From Chiloscyllium plagiosum (lineage: Eukaryota): 64,000 nt of DNA. Location: positions 17,738,028 through 17,802,027 of the forward strand of contig NC_057718.1 of NCBI RefSeq assembly GCF_004010195.1. Direction: 5' to 3'. Positions 37,660 to 50,237 of the stretch are shown piece after piece. Position 1 is the first letter of the stretch, and every line of letters starts with the position of its first letter. The notes under the pieces were generated by a model. The model saw only the letters and a program-made list of their open reading frames with translations, searched no databases and had not been told where the DNA came from. The position numbers and the translations under genes were made by a program.

Positions 37660-38150
37660 AATGTAAGAAACTGGAGCAGAACGAGGCCATTCAGTGCTTT
37701 GAGCATGCTCTCCCATTCAATAACATCATGGCCATTCTGCTTATGGCCTTAACTTGAATTTCCTGTCTGCTCTCCCCCAGTAACCCTTGATTTTCAAATT
37801 TGCCTAACACAGCCTTGTACACACAATGACACAGCCTCCACTGCTCTCTGTGGGACAGAATTCCGCTGAGTAATTGAGAAAGAAAGTTCTTTTCATTTGC
37901 ATCTTAGTTGGGAGTCCTCTTAATTTTAAACCATTTCCACTGGTTCTCGAATTCTCCCAGCAATGGAAACATCCTCTTAGCATCTATCCTATCGAGCCTC
38001 TTCAGAATCTTACGTTTCAATAAGATCAGCCCTCATTCTTCGAAATTCCAGTGGGCGCTGGCCCAACCTGCTTAACTCACTCCTTGTAAGAAAAAGAAGT
38101 CAATCCCGTCCTTTCCTTAATCCAAAATCCACACACATGCACAACTGTAC
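37660..38150 (-). mobile_element. Degraded CR1 3' fragment
   Basis: AAGAATGTAAGAAACTGGAGCAGAA..GGCCATTCAG (CR1 tail in reverse) and CAATAAGATCAGCCCTCATTCTT. Confidence 0.75.
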
Positions 38151-38854
38151 TCCAGAGGAGTGACTGTGGATGAATAAACGGGTTATCTAACACAAGACTG
38201 ACCTTAGTACCAGGCTGATCTTTGGATATTTAATAGTTCCCTTGCCCTCGAAAGCTACAAAATCTGCTCCCTGTTACCTCGCACATAAGAACTCTGCTGC
38301 TCCTCACCTCCACAGACCCTTCTTCCTCTACATAGAACAGAACAACCCTCCTGTGAATTGTTTAGAAACAGTCAATGTTTAAGTTCTTGTTTGCAATGTT
38401 CAGGTCACAAACCTATTCCCTCAGCAGCAAAATTCATTACTTGGTGCAAATACTGTACGTTCTCAGAAGTGCAAGAGGATTTGCGTTTGGCTTATGATTC
38501 CAGCGTGCTGCAGACACTCGGCTTTTTCCAAGTAAAGGGCAGGAATATTGTTTAAAACAAAATGACATGGGAAATGGTTGCTAGACCACGTTGATAATTT
38601 CTGATCAGGACGTGTGTCAAAATGGTCAGAGGAATATCCATCCACATAGTGATCGGAGGCATCAAGCTGTCATCTTTATTGGTCATTGACAATACTGACG
38701 GAACATGGAATTGTGGATGTTTCTGCTCCCACTCCTTCAGTGCCATGACTGTTGCAGTTTGACATCGCCCGACCTAAATGGACCAGGTGAGTCTCTATAT
38801 CCTAGGCTGTGATTGTTAGTCAGGGGGGCAACTGCAGCCCTCTTTAGAACAATA

Positions 38855-39900
38855 GCACATAAGAATCAGAAAGAGGAGTAGACCCTTCAGCCCCTCCAGC
38901 CTGCACCACAGTTCAATATGACCACAGATGATCCTCTACCTCAAACCATTCATGTTAAGGACCAAACCAGAGAACCTTAATGCTTCCTGGTTATATGGAG
39001 ACCAAAACTAAACATAGTATTCCAATTGTGATCTTACCATAGCCCTGTACAACTGCAGAAAGACTTCTTTATTTGTGCACTCTGATCCCCTTACAATAAA
39101 GACAATGTGCCAGTTGCCTTTCTAATTACTTGTTGCATCTGAATGCTGGTTTTATTGGTTCCTAGTTTGAGGACTTTTTAAAAATGTCCTGCTTCTCGAT
39201 TGTGACTATGAAAGTGAATAATCTTGCAGTTTGCCACATGACATTCCATCTGCCGTATAAACAGCGAACGTTGGAGAAGCTTGGTATCCGTGGAGAAAGA
39301 TTTGGAGGGGCCGGTTTTGGACTGGGGGGGGACAAGGTTAAAAATCACACAACACAAGGTTAGAATCCAACAGGTTTATTTGGAGGCACTAGTTTTCTAA
39401 GTGCAGCTTCTTCATCAGAAAGAATGGACCTGGCTGGCACAGTCAACTTAGACCCATTCATCAACTTGCCCTTTCAAATGAGAGCATGTTGGCAAGACAA
39501 ATCAGTCTTGGCTGTATTGGATGGGAGATGGATGGGGGAGATCAGCTGTCAATGCATTAAGTGCAAAAAGCAGCTCAATCCCACCAACTGCCCAACAAAG
39601 ATCGCAGAATAGGAGGGATATTCCAAAAGTGGCCTAACCAATGCCGTAACATGACCTTCCAACTCCTATACTCAATCCTCTGACCGATAAAGGAAAGCAT
39701 ACTAAATTCGTTCTTCACTATCCTGTCTACCTGAGACTCCAATTTCAAGTAACTATGAACCTGCACTCCAAGGTCTCTGTTCAGCAACACTCGCCAGGAC
39801 CTTACCATTAACTGTGTAAGTCCTGACCCTGGGCCTTTAGCCACCAAAAGCAGTTGTAAATATTTTATATCAGTTGAACCCCGCATCACCTGATCCTGTA
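38855..39900 (-). mobile_element. Cluster of CR1 fragments with a PLE family-2 terminal repeat (about 39300-39420)
   Basis: Minus-strand RDLGVQVHSYLKLESQVDRIVK...IEYRSW; PLE remnant CTGATGAAGAAGCTGCACTTAGAAAACTAGTG on the minus strand. Confidence 0.75.
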
Positions 39901-40914
39901 ATTGTGGCAGTTTATACAGGACAGAAACTGGCCATTCAGCTAAAAGATCCAGTTGAGGGTGGATTGAACTATTTGGCATTATGTGGCTCTATGAAGGCCA
40001 ATGGATATCACAGCATTAGTTACATCTGCGAAACTGACTGCATTGTCTTATGGGGGGGACAGCGGGTGAATCTTGTGGACTGGTAAGGCCATGGTATCAC
40101 CACCTTGGCTTTAGTGATGTTTCCGTTCATGTAGCCAAATCCAACCCCATTCACTTCCAACCTGAAGGTGATGGAGAGGCACCAGCCTCTGACTGGTAAG
40201 CAGTTCTGTGAAGAAGCAGAAATTCCTGTCTCAGATGATGGGATGGGGAGTGAACGAGAGAATCTTAAACGTTTTATTACCTGACAAAGCAGCAACAGAG
40301 TAGTGGCCACCCACTCACTTATACTGAAGCCTCACACAACAGTGATTGGTTTGCATTCAAGGCTAATATTCATGCAGTCAAGGATACTCTGTTACCCACT
40401 CATGGGCAAAATTACATCAGATTTAACTTCAAAAATCACTGTAATAATCAATTAACGGTGTTAAACAGCCCACTTCTCCTAAATAAAGTACTTCTTCTAA
40501 AATTGAAACATTACAAATGTCCTTTCAATGTAATGAGCATGACTTCTTCAAGTCTGGGATAAAGGAATGGCTTCACTAATACCTCATCATCTTTTCTCCC
40601 GGGTCACTCCTTAAGGCAACCCTCTTCTTTTCAGAAGAAAGGAGCTTACAGTCCTCCTAACTGTTCACAATTCCACTCTTGTTTGCACTTGGTCCTCAGT
40701 CATTTTTTATTACTGGAAATCCTGCCATCTTTGACAGCCTCTGAATAAGGTGTTCTTTCTTATGTAATTACAGAAACTGAACTGGAATAGCCTGGCATTC
40801 TGGCTTCAGCATCTGTATGACAACATCAGCGTGCTGGCAAAATGGAAAACTTAAAAGCCTTGTGACAGAGAGACATTTGCAGATTATCTATTGAATTGTG
40901 GCTATGCAACATGA

Positions 40915-41400
40915 GACTGATAAAGAGGATGGGGAGAGAGAGAGAGAGAGACAAACAGATAGAGAGAGAGAGAGAGAGCGAGCAAGGCAGACGGTGAGAG
41001 ATACAGATAGCAATAGAGGAACAGACAGAGAGGTGTCAGAGAGAGAGAGAGATAGAGACAGATAGACAAATAGAGGGAGACAGAGAGAGAGAGAGACAGA
41101 GACAGAGAGCAAGGGTAACACAGTGAAATAGGCAGACACGGACAGTGAGACAATGCACAAGAGAAAATAGATACATGCATTTGCATAAAATAGACACACA
41201 AGAGGAGAAGAGACAAGCAGATGTACAGAGACACAGCAAGGTGGTCAGGTGGGCATGCAGAGATAGAAAGGCAGAAATATTCATGTAAAAGAGATAGAGA
41301 GCAAGACAGATGCTCAAAAAGAAACAAGATATAAATAGATAGCAAGCACCACAGGGAGAAGAGGGGGAGCAAAGACACAGGCAAGGGAGTGAGAGAGACA
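40915..41400. repeat. (GA)n / purine-rich low-complexity tract
   Basis: Long GAGA/GACA/GATA runs; source of spurious minus-strand L/S/C-rich ORFs. Confidence 0.95.
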
Positions 41401-41849
41401 GTTAATCTCAACATTTTCGGATTTGTTCATTTTTTTTAAATAAAGGATTTAATGTCAGCTGCTGCTCAGAGCTGAACAAGTCTACAGCGCATGTAATTAA
41501 TTCCCCAAGTTGAAATGATGCCATCCACAACACAGAGTACAAAATGAATCTGTCTGTAACCAGCTAACGTAGGAATGCACTACTGAGGATGTACATTTAA
41601 GATTCAATTGAAAAGTTGCTTTAATTTACACTCCAGTGGAACATCAGCAAGGACTCCTCACTGAGATGTCACTGCTTCAAACTTTTCACACTGATTTTGA
41701 GTCCAGTTTTTAAATGACGGCTAACAAGGCTTTGGTTCTCTCCCTTTGACACTTTCTGCTGGTAAGACTGTTAATGATCGATGCCTGGAAACATTTTTTC
41801 TGCTGTGCCTGCCTGAATCCAAGAATGCTGGAAAAATAACCAGCCCAAA

Positions 41850-42230
41850 CCGGGCGGACAGTCTTTGGGAATTGGGTCTAGGGCTGCCAGTCTGTAGCTG
41901 GGCCACGGGTCACACCATGGCAGTCATATGGTTCCACCATCTCGTCAGCAGTGCCGACCGGTCTGTGATCGACGAAGGGAGCCACACCAGGTCCGGTCCT
42001 GCTGCTTGGCGGCACCGCGTCGTCGGGAGCTCGCGTCAGTCGGAGGGCTCTGATGTACTCTCCAGCCACGGGAAACGAAGCCGGTGATGCAGGCGCGGGT
42101 CTTTCGTTCCCAAATCGGCTGGGTTTACGTCGAGGCTGTCTAGTCATGCTCCCTTCAACCCCACAGGGTACCTATTCCCTTCAGCATGTCACTCGCACAT
42201 TCCCGTCAGGGCCTCTGTGCGTCTGCGGGC
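41850..42230. other. Small CpG-rich island
   Basis: About 30 CpG dinucleotides in about 380 bp, against a strongly CpG-depleted background. Confidence 0.7.
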
Positions 42231-42570
42231 TGTTGGTGGTGGTTTAAAGACTCCCAGCAAGTAATGTGACATAGACAAGGTAAAACTGGCACCTCCAGAG
42301 ACATCAATGAGCTTTCCCTGGGGTTCTCCAGAGAGCAGACAATGCTCTCCTGGTGGTGCCTATCACTACTCTCTTCCAGCAATGGATGGCTGGCATCTTG
42401 AGATCCCTGTGGCTTTACCCACTGCTGCCCACCATAGACATACCTCTGAAGGTCTAAAGACAGTAACACAGGGTGACACATGTAACATTAAGATGTCTGC
42501 ACCACCCTTGCCCTGACCTCCCCCTGTAAGTGTTTCCGTGTACATGCCGGTATTAAAATCCTGACCTACA

Positions 42571-42826
42571 GCTGACTGTGTGGAGTTTGCACGTTCTCCC
42601 CGTGTCTGCGTGGGTTTCCTCCGGGTGCTCCGGTTTCCTCCCACAGTCCAAAGATGTGCAGGGTCAGGTGAATTGGCCATGCTAAATTGCCCGTAGTGTT
42701 AGGTAAGGGGTAAATGTAGAGGTATGCGTGGGTTTCGCTTCGGTGGGTCGGTGTGGACTTGTTGGGCCGAAGGGCCTGTTTCCACACTGTAATGTAATCT
42801 AATGTAATGTAATCTAATCTAATCTA
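42571..42826 (+). mobile_element. HE1-type V-SINE, 5'-truncated, young
   Basis: CpG-intact V-domain and a (TCTAA/TGTAA)n tail. Confidence 0.92.
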
Positions 42827-43454
42827 ATAAGTGGATGAATTGAAAGACATCAGGCTTCCACTGTAGAAATACACCAGAGTTAATTGTGTATTTTTTATTC
42901 ATCCATGGGACATTGGAGCCGCTGGCTAGGTCAGAATTTATTGCCCGTCTCTAATCGCTCCTGAAGAGGGTGCTGGTGAGCTATCTTCTCTCTATTTGCA
43001 GCAGGTAGACCCACATTGTTGCTAAGGAGGGAATTCCAACTTGCCTGTGTTTTCTTAAGTATGGGAGCCAATGCAAGGGGAGGAAATATTCTCTCCAATA
43101 TAACACAGTGAGCCAGTTTGTGTGGCTTCACATGGGCAGGGAATGAGTTGTGAATCCAGACACGTGGGGGAATTATTTTGATGCCATCCGCGTTGGAGCT
43201 CCTCCTGATTTTAAACTCTCTCATCTGCTGGCATACAAACCCTCAGGCACCAGAGCACCCTCCAGCCATGATCGCTCTGTATGAAGCGATGAATCAATAG
43301 GGTACCAAGTTGGAGAGAGGGACAGAGGCTGCGTGAGCCATCACAATGGAGTGCAGTGATGTAAAGGTGCTGCCAGACAAACCACTGGACATTGCAGCAA
43401 CCCTGTCCTCACATGACATCCAAATAGACAAGAGGGAATTGTGGATCAGCAGTG

Positions 43455-43745
43455 AAGAAATACATCTTTATAGTGCCTTTCACAACCTAAAGGACCTGAC
43501 AACCAGTGAGATTTTTTTTAAAAAGTGCAGTCACTGCAGCAATATAAGGTCAGTACATAAACATCAATGAAAGAATAACTAGATGATTAGATTGAGGAGT
43601 TATATTGATTGAGGGAAACACTGTGCAGGAACTTGTGGAGGAATATTCTCTCTTCTAGATCTTTTAATTCTTCCTGCAATAGCAGATGGAGTGTAATTCT
43701 CATCCATAAGCTGTACATCTGATAGTGTCACACTCCTTCAGGTAA
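43455..43745 (-). mobile_element. Ancient Deu-domain-like SINE, degraded
   Basis: Tail CATCTTTATAGTGCCTTTCACAACCT (reverse of GGTTGTGAAAGGCACTATA) and central GATTGAGGGA; resembles the 48.7/50.1 kb copy. Confidence 0.5.
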
Positions 43746-46700
43746 CTCAGTGAGGACTTAACAGTCAAGCCTAAGAACTTACTAAACTACTGCAGCGGCT
43801 GCCCAGAGGTACTTGCATTAGCAGTACAGTGCTTTGGGACATTGAGGGTGTGAAAACCATTCTACAAATGTAAATCTTTCTTTCCTAATGAGTGTGAGAA
43901 TCAACAGCAGTTACTTGAGAGTGAACAGCAGACTTCTGCATACATCAATTGTTTTGTTTTAAATTAGAAATTTTCCCCAACCACAAACCCTGTAACTTAC
44001 AAGAATCACACATACACATCTGCTTCCAGCTATGACTTGTTAAGAAGGCAGGCAGGCCTGTCAAATTCAGGACAAAAGTTTCTTTTTAAAAAATGTTTCT
44101 GTAGCTGAATGCATTTCCACGCGCACACATAACATAATTATTTCAAAGAGCAGCCACATTATGCTTATCCCCAATTCCTCAGGTTACCCTCCACTCTTTC
44201 ACTGCCATTCATCTCTCCAGCTCTTAATGCTGACAGCACCACAGGCTTTTCCATTTGAGGAACCCTCTGTCAACACTGCTCACACAAAAGAGAAACTTAA
44301 TCTGTGGATTAAAGTGTACATTAATATACGTTACAGTATCTGAAATCCTTTCCACAACATCTGACACAGTCATGTAAAATAATATGTTTCTGAAGGAGGC
44401 AGAATTGCTCATATAAAATGATAGAAGTAACAAGAGTCTTTAGTTCCTTTTAGAAGCATTACCCTCCGTGCCATTAGTTTGACGTCAGATTTTAAAGTGC
44501 GAATTTGCCTCCAAGTGCTCTTTATTGCAGATTTGCTTTGGGGGGGGGGGAAAGAGAGGAGGGGGTGTATGATGGTTGATGTGGGTAGAGGGTGGACTCT
44601 GTTCAAAGAGACTGCTAGGAGAACACAGCACTGTGTATTCTAACCTTGAGCAGGGATCAAACTCTTGAGATAAAAACAAAAACTACAAATGTAGCAATTT
44701 AGAAAATGCTCAGTGGGAGCTCTGACATCCGAGAAGAGCGAAGGCAGGCTGACAAACCCACTGCTGAAAGCTGCTTTTATGCTGTGAAGGCTTTGAATTC
44801 TCTGAGACCCAGCACCTATACTGTTCAAGCTGTCCAGCTCATCATGCCGATGATGAACTGAGTGATGCTGACAGCATGCCATGAGGCAACCTGTTCGGTT
44901 TTTATAATAAACCAGTCGGCCTCATGGTTACTGGCTGACACCACCCCAGACTGACTTGATTCAATTTCACAGATCACTTTCTTGGGATCTGAACTTGAGT
45001 TCCCAGTCCCGTACATCAATCAGCATCCACGCCCCTTGACAGTACAGCAACCGCTAAAGAGAAAGGGAACTAGGAGAGCACAGTTGCAGAGTAAGGGAAT
45101 CACACATCTGACAGGAGAGAAGAAATTTCTTCAAAGGGTAAAATTCTTTACTGCAGAGGGCTGTTGAGGCTGTGTCATTAAGTATATTCAAGGCTGAGAT
45201 TGTCAGAGTTTTAATCAGTAAAGGAACAAAAGGGGAGTTGAGGATTATCAGATCAGCCACAATCTCAATGAATGTCAGAACAGACCTGATGAGCTGAGTG
45301 GGCCAATCCTGTTCCTCCCTCTCCTGAAATCTGGAAAGCTAGACTGGGAAACAATCAACATTGAATTGATCTCCTGCAATACATCTCTCTCAATTTGCAT
45401 TTCTACAGAAAACAGGAAATCCAAGAACAGGATGCCAATGGATATGTCCCTAGTTCCTCTTTTCATAAATTGGCTTTTATATAAGCTGAACCTTTCTTGG
45501 CAAATCTATCAGGCACTAATGTGATTTAGCACACACTTATTCATTTTTACATCTTTAGAGGGCTTAACACCTTGTGGGGAAGATTTCTACTCCAGTCTGT
45601 GCGGAATGGGAAACTTCAGCGGTTATTAGGAAAATTATTTTTCAGCTAAATGTACTGAGGCTGCAGTGCTGGAATTTGCATGTTCAATCATGCATATTCG
45701 GTGCAATCAGAATAATTTCAGGTGATAAAGACATCACATTAATTTGTGGTAAATAAGACAAATTCCTGGCTTAAATTATATTAATTAAAACATAGGAACA
45801 GGAGGACATTATTCAAGTTAATTCCATCATTCAATTAGATCATGGCTAATGTGCATCTTAATTCCAAACCACCCACCCTCGTTCCTTACTCCTTTGACTA
45901 ACAAAAACATTTCTTGGTTTGCTTGGCTAGTTTCACCACTACCAATCTCTTTGGATTTTAAAAACTGAATTCAAATTCTCAGACTGACCTGGACTCACTG
46001 TGGATTATTAAATCCATAAAGTCCTTTTCCCCAATATGTTTGGGGAAAAGGACATTTTCATCAGACTGGCAATAGCTACTGCACTTACTGCTATTTTCCT
46101 TTCTCAAGTTGCTTCAGATACCAGAGAATTATAGCCAAACCATGAAGGATGTGTTTTTTGGTACAGTTTCCATAGTTCTTTCGTGTACGTTTTTGCAAAG
46201 TTTAAGACTTCAGCTCCTTCCAAAAATAAAAGGAAAGGAATCCCGAAGCCAAAACAAAACACTACTGTTGAGGAACCCCTTCGTAAACATGAAGTGACTC
46301 TCCAACAAATTTCTATCCCCGCCCCAGAATCCAACCCCCCATCCCACCAGCAAGATAAATTACACCAGGAAACCGACATGGGTCAACAGAACAACAGCCC
46401 TTCACAAAGCAAATGCTATTACAACAAAGCAGCCACACAGTAAGTTACTCACTGTGCAGATACACAAAAATGATTATATTTTCAATACTTGAGGAACTAA
46501 CCGCAAGAGGCTAAACCACTAAAGGTTAACTCTGTGCGGAGCACTCTGGACAGAGTCACCACAAGTGCACTGCATGGAAGACCACAAACATCAGCTGCGG
46601 TTCAACAACAAAACCCAGGTAGGTAGAAAGCTGTGTTGTTACCCAGAGAGGCAAACTAAATCAATGTTCTGTTTGATAACTGCTTTGTCTGAATTGAGAT

Positions 46701-48654
46701 AGCTCAATTGTCACATGTACTCAGGTGAGTACACTGAAAGGTTTACAGTCGCCACATTTACAGCATCATCTTAGGTATAAAGGTACCCTTGCACAGATAC
46801 TAAGATCAAACTCTTAGGAAACAAAACAAAATTAGAGAAGTAAAGAAATAAATAGCCCAGCAATATAGCTCATAGAAATCATCTAGAAAAATAACGTGTG
46901 AAGTTCAGGATATCAGGCTTTCCGACGCTGTCCATGCCAGCACTTAGTCTGAAGGGAGACCTCCACTGCCTCACCGTTAGCTGCACTGGACCCACCAACG
47001 TAGAGGTGCCATCTCTTTGCCGCTGGAGCCATTTCGCTGATGTCACTGAACCCCACACTTGCCCCGTCCCTCAGAGTTCCTGCTTCTGCTGGTAGGCTGG
47101 CTTCCCACCAGGCCATGAGTCCCACTTCAGCTGCAGATGCCGTCTTGTTTAACACCTTTGCGGTAGAAAACTATCTGCAGAGCACTTCCTAAAGGTGTAA
47201 TCAGACCTTAATGGAACTGAGCCAGAGGAGGAAGAATGAGCAAAGAGATTGGTCAGGAATGATGGGTAATAAGGAAAGGCTTGATGGAACAGAAGGGGCG
47301 GAATTCGAGTGTGAGGGACGTCTAGTGAAACAACGATGCTAATACTTGGGATGACATGAAAGGGACATACACAAAAAGGTTGGAGTCAAAGAAATGCAGA
47401 TATTTTTAATCAACCTGTGCGGATGTGTTACTACATGCATTTGTACAGGTAGGTCTTGAAGACAGAATTCCTAGCTCAGAGATAGGGACACAACCGCATC
47501 TTCACAATGAAAAGGAGATTTGATGGTAGGTTCATTGGGCTGGAGCAGGTTGAAGTGATAGAGGGGGCGGTGAAGACATGAAGAAATTTAAACAGGAAAC
47601 TGAGTATTTTAAACTACAGACCAGGATCCAATCAATAAATGAGGACAAAAGGGTGATTGATGATAGAACACAGAAAGGGGCTCTTGTGGCACTGTGTTAG
47701 TGGTTAGAGTTTGAGTCCCACCTGCTCGAGAATTATGTATCAAGATATTTGAGCAGCTGGATTTAAAAATATCCAGAGAATAGGAAACTATTAGTAAATA
47801 ATGAATGGTTAGCCGAAGACAGTGAATTAATTCAATTCTCCTCAACTGACCACTGCAGCAATGGGAGGTTTACAGGTATCAAAGCCACAAAATAAAAGGT
47901 ACAGCATTTAACCCACTGCCAGGCATGTTCGTCACATTACTGCACTGTTTAAAAATGCTGGCTTCTTATATACTTCATCTTGCTTTACGGTTCTTTTCTG
48001 ATTGGACAATGAAGGAGAATACAAGAATATTTTTCTCCTTTAAAACAAAATTGAAACAAAATGCTTCCTGATAGCCAGAGGTTTCTGAGCTGTCAGATCC
48101 CTCTGGACCGAGAAGAGGTCCGCTTTGATTCCTTATTTGCTAAATGTTAATCACCTCATCTGTAGCATGTCAATGACAGTGGGGAGAAACTAGAATTACT
48201 ATCAGTTCATCACAGCACATGAAACAGAAGAGTCAGCCAGGATTGCTACTCCCTATCGTCACCCAGTGACTGTGCAAGTCTGGATTTTGGAAGAGGGTAA
48301 GGATTGGATTCCTTCTGGTGCTTTCTCTCCCCTCCAGGTTCAAGGTTCAGGACAAGACTCGTTACTTCACCTCACAAATGAAGACTGGCTATTCACATAA
48401 GGTGGCCAAGACTCCCCATGTCATAGATCACTCCAAGAAGGGGGTTGGTTAATTCACTCGGATGGATGGGTGGTTTCTGATGCAGTGCGATGCCAACATC
48501 ATGGAGACCAGAAACATCTACCATGAAGACCCCACCTTCTCAACTTCACTTGAGGTGTGGTGATCTTCAGGTTAAACTCACTCACCCGTGTCCCTCTTTA
48601 ATGAGAAAGCAGTCTGCGGTGCTCTGACTATGACGACTGGAATTCATTTCAGCC

Positions 48655-50237
48655 AATTGGCTTAGAGGAGGCACTCTCCACCATTCAATCAAAAGGCTGC
48701 AAGTTCAATTCCAGAAATGTGAGTGCAAAATCTCAACCAAGCCTCCAGCGCATTGCTAAAGAGAGTTGGAAGTACTACCTTTTGGATGAGATGTGTAATA
48801 TTTTGCAGGTGGACTAGAAATATCCCATGGTAAAATTCAACGATGAACAGGAGACTTCATGCTCGAGCTTTAGCCTCTCTCTCTCTCTTTCTCTCTCGCT
48901 CTATAATATTTGATAGGGTTCCCCATGGTAGGCTCATTCATAAAGTCAGGAAGTATGGGATACAGGGAGATTTAGCCATCTGGATTCAGAATTGGCTGGC
49001 TGACAGAAGGCAGAGAGTGGTTGTGGATGGAAAGGATTCTGCCTGGAGGTCAGTGTTGAGTGGGGTCCCGCAGGGCTCTGTACTTGGGCCTCTGCTCTTT
49101 GTAGTTTTTATAAATAACTTGGATGAGGAGGTTGAGGGGTGGGTTAGTACATTTGCAGATGACACAAAGGTTGGAGGTGTCGCCAATAGTATAGAGGGCT
49201 ACTGCAGGCTGCAGCGTTACATAGACAGGATGCAAACCTGGGCTGAGAAATGGCAGTTGGAGTTCAACCTGGATAAATGTGAAGTGATGCATTTTGGAAG
49301 GTTGCACTCAAATGCTGAATATAGGATTAAAGACAGGATTCTTGGCAGTATGGAGGAACAGAGGGATCTGGGTGTGCAAGTACATAGATCCCTCAAAGTT
49401 GCCACCCAAGTGGATAGGGTTGTTAAGAAAGCATGTGGTGTTTTGGCTTTTATTAACAGAGGCATCAAGTTTAAGAGATGCGAGGTTTTGCTGCAGCTCT
49501 ACACGTCCCTGGTGAGACCACAATTGGAATATTGTGTCCAGTTCAGGTCGCCTTACCATAGGAAAGATACAGAGGCTTTGGAGAGGGTGCAAAGAAGGTT
49601 TACCAGGATGCTGCCTGGATTGGAGGGCTTGCCTTATGAAGAAAGGTTGAATAAGCTCAGACTTTTCTCTCTGGAGAGAAGGAGGAAGAGAGGAGACCTG
49701 ATAGAGGTGTTCAAAATAATGAGAGGAATAGACAGTCAATAGCCAGAGACTTTTCCCCGGGCCAGGATTGACTGGTACGAGGAGTCATAGTTTGAAGATA
49801 TTAGGAGGAAGGTAAAAAGGAGACGTCAGAGGAAGGTTCTTTATGCAGAGAGTTGTGAATGCATGGAATGTGTTACCAGTGGTGGTGGTGGAAGCAGAGT
49901 CATTGGGGACATTTAAGCGACTGCTGGACATGCACATGGATAGCAGTGAGTTGAGGGATGCGTAGGTTGTTATTATATTTTACATTAGGATTAAATCATG
50001 GGCCAAAGGGCCTGTTCGGTGCTGTACTTTTCTATGTTCTATATACACATTTATATATACACACATACATGCATATCCTTCAGCTGACAAAACAGATTAT
50101 ACTGATCCTTATTGCATAGCAAATGCAGGACTTGCTGTTTTCAAACTGTCTGCTGTGTTTCCTGCATCACAACAGTTGGCCACAGATCACCAGCTGCAGA
50201 GAACTTTGGGATGTTCAGAGGTTGTGAAAGACGCTCA
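48655..50237 (+). mobile_element. Ancient Deu-domain SINE split by a microsatellite and a young CR1 (SINE parts about 48655-48855 and 50075-50237)
   Basis: TTTGGATGAGATG..CAGGTGGAC..ATCCCATGG on the left; AAAACAGATTAT..CTTGCTGT..TTTGGGATGTTCAGAGGTTGTGAAAGACGCT on the right. The family match is from memory of the DeuSINE consensus. Confidence 0.6.
48909..50042 (+). mobile_element. Young 5'-truncated CR1 LINE with an open RT frame of about 278 codons (48909-49742)
   Basis: FDRVPH, SGVPQGSVLGPLLF, FADDTK (catalytic motif) and LEYCVQF..ERVQRRFTRM; a frameshift near 49735; tail TTCTATGTTCTAT. The ORF-track N-terminus comes from the flanking (CT)n tract. Confidence 0.95.

Noticed and set aside
40888..41414. 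Long L/S/C-rich minus-strand ORFs
   Set aside because: They are translations of a GA-rich low-complexity tract.
48843..49742. 299-aa ORF as a host or domesticated gene
   Set aside because: It is a 5'-truncated CR1 RT with no endonuclease. The start codon comes from flanking SINE and microsatellite sequence, and the C-terminus is frameshifted.
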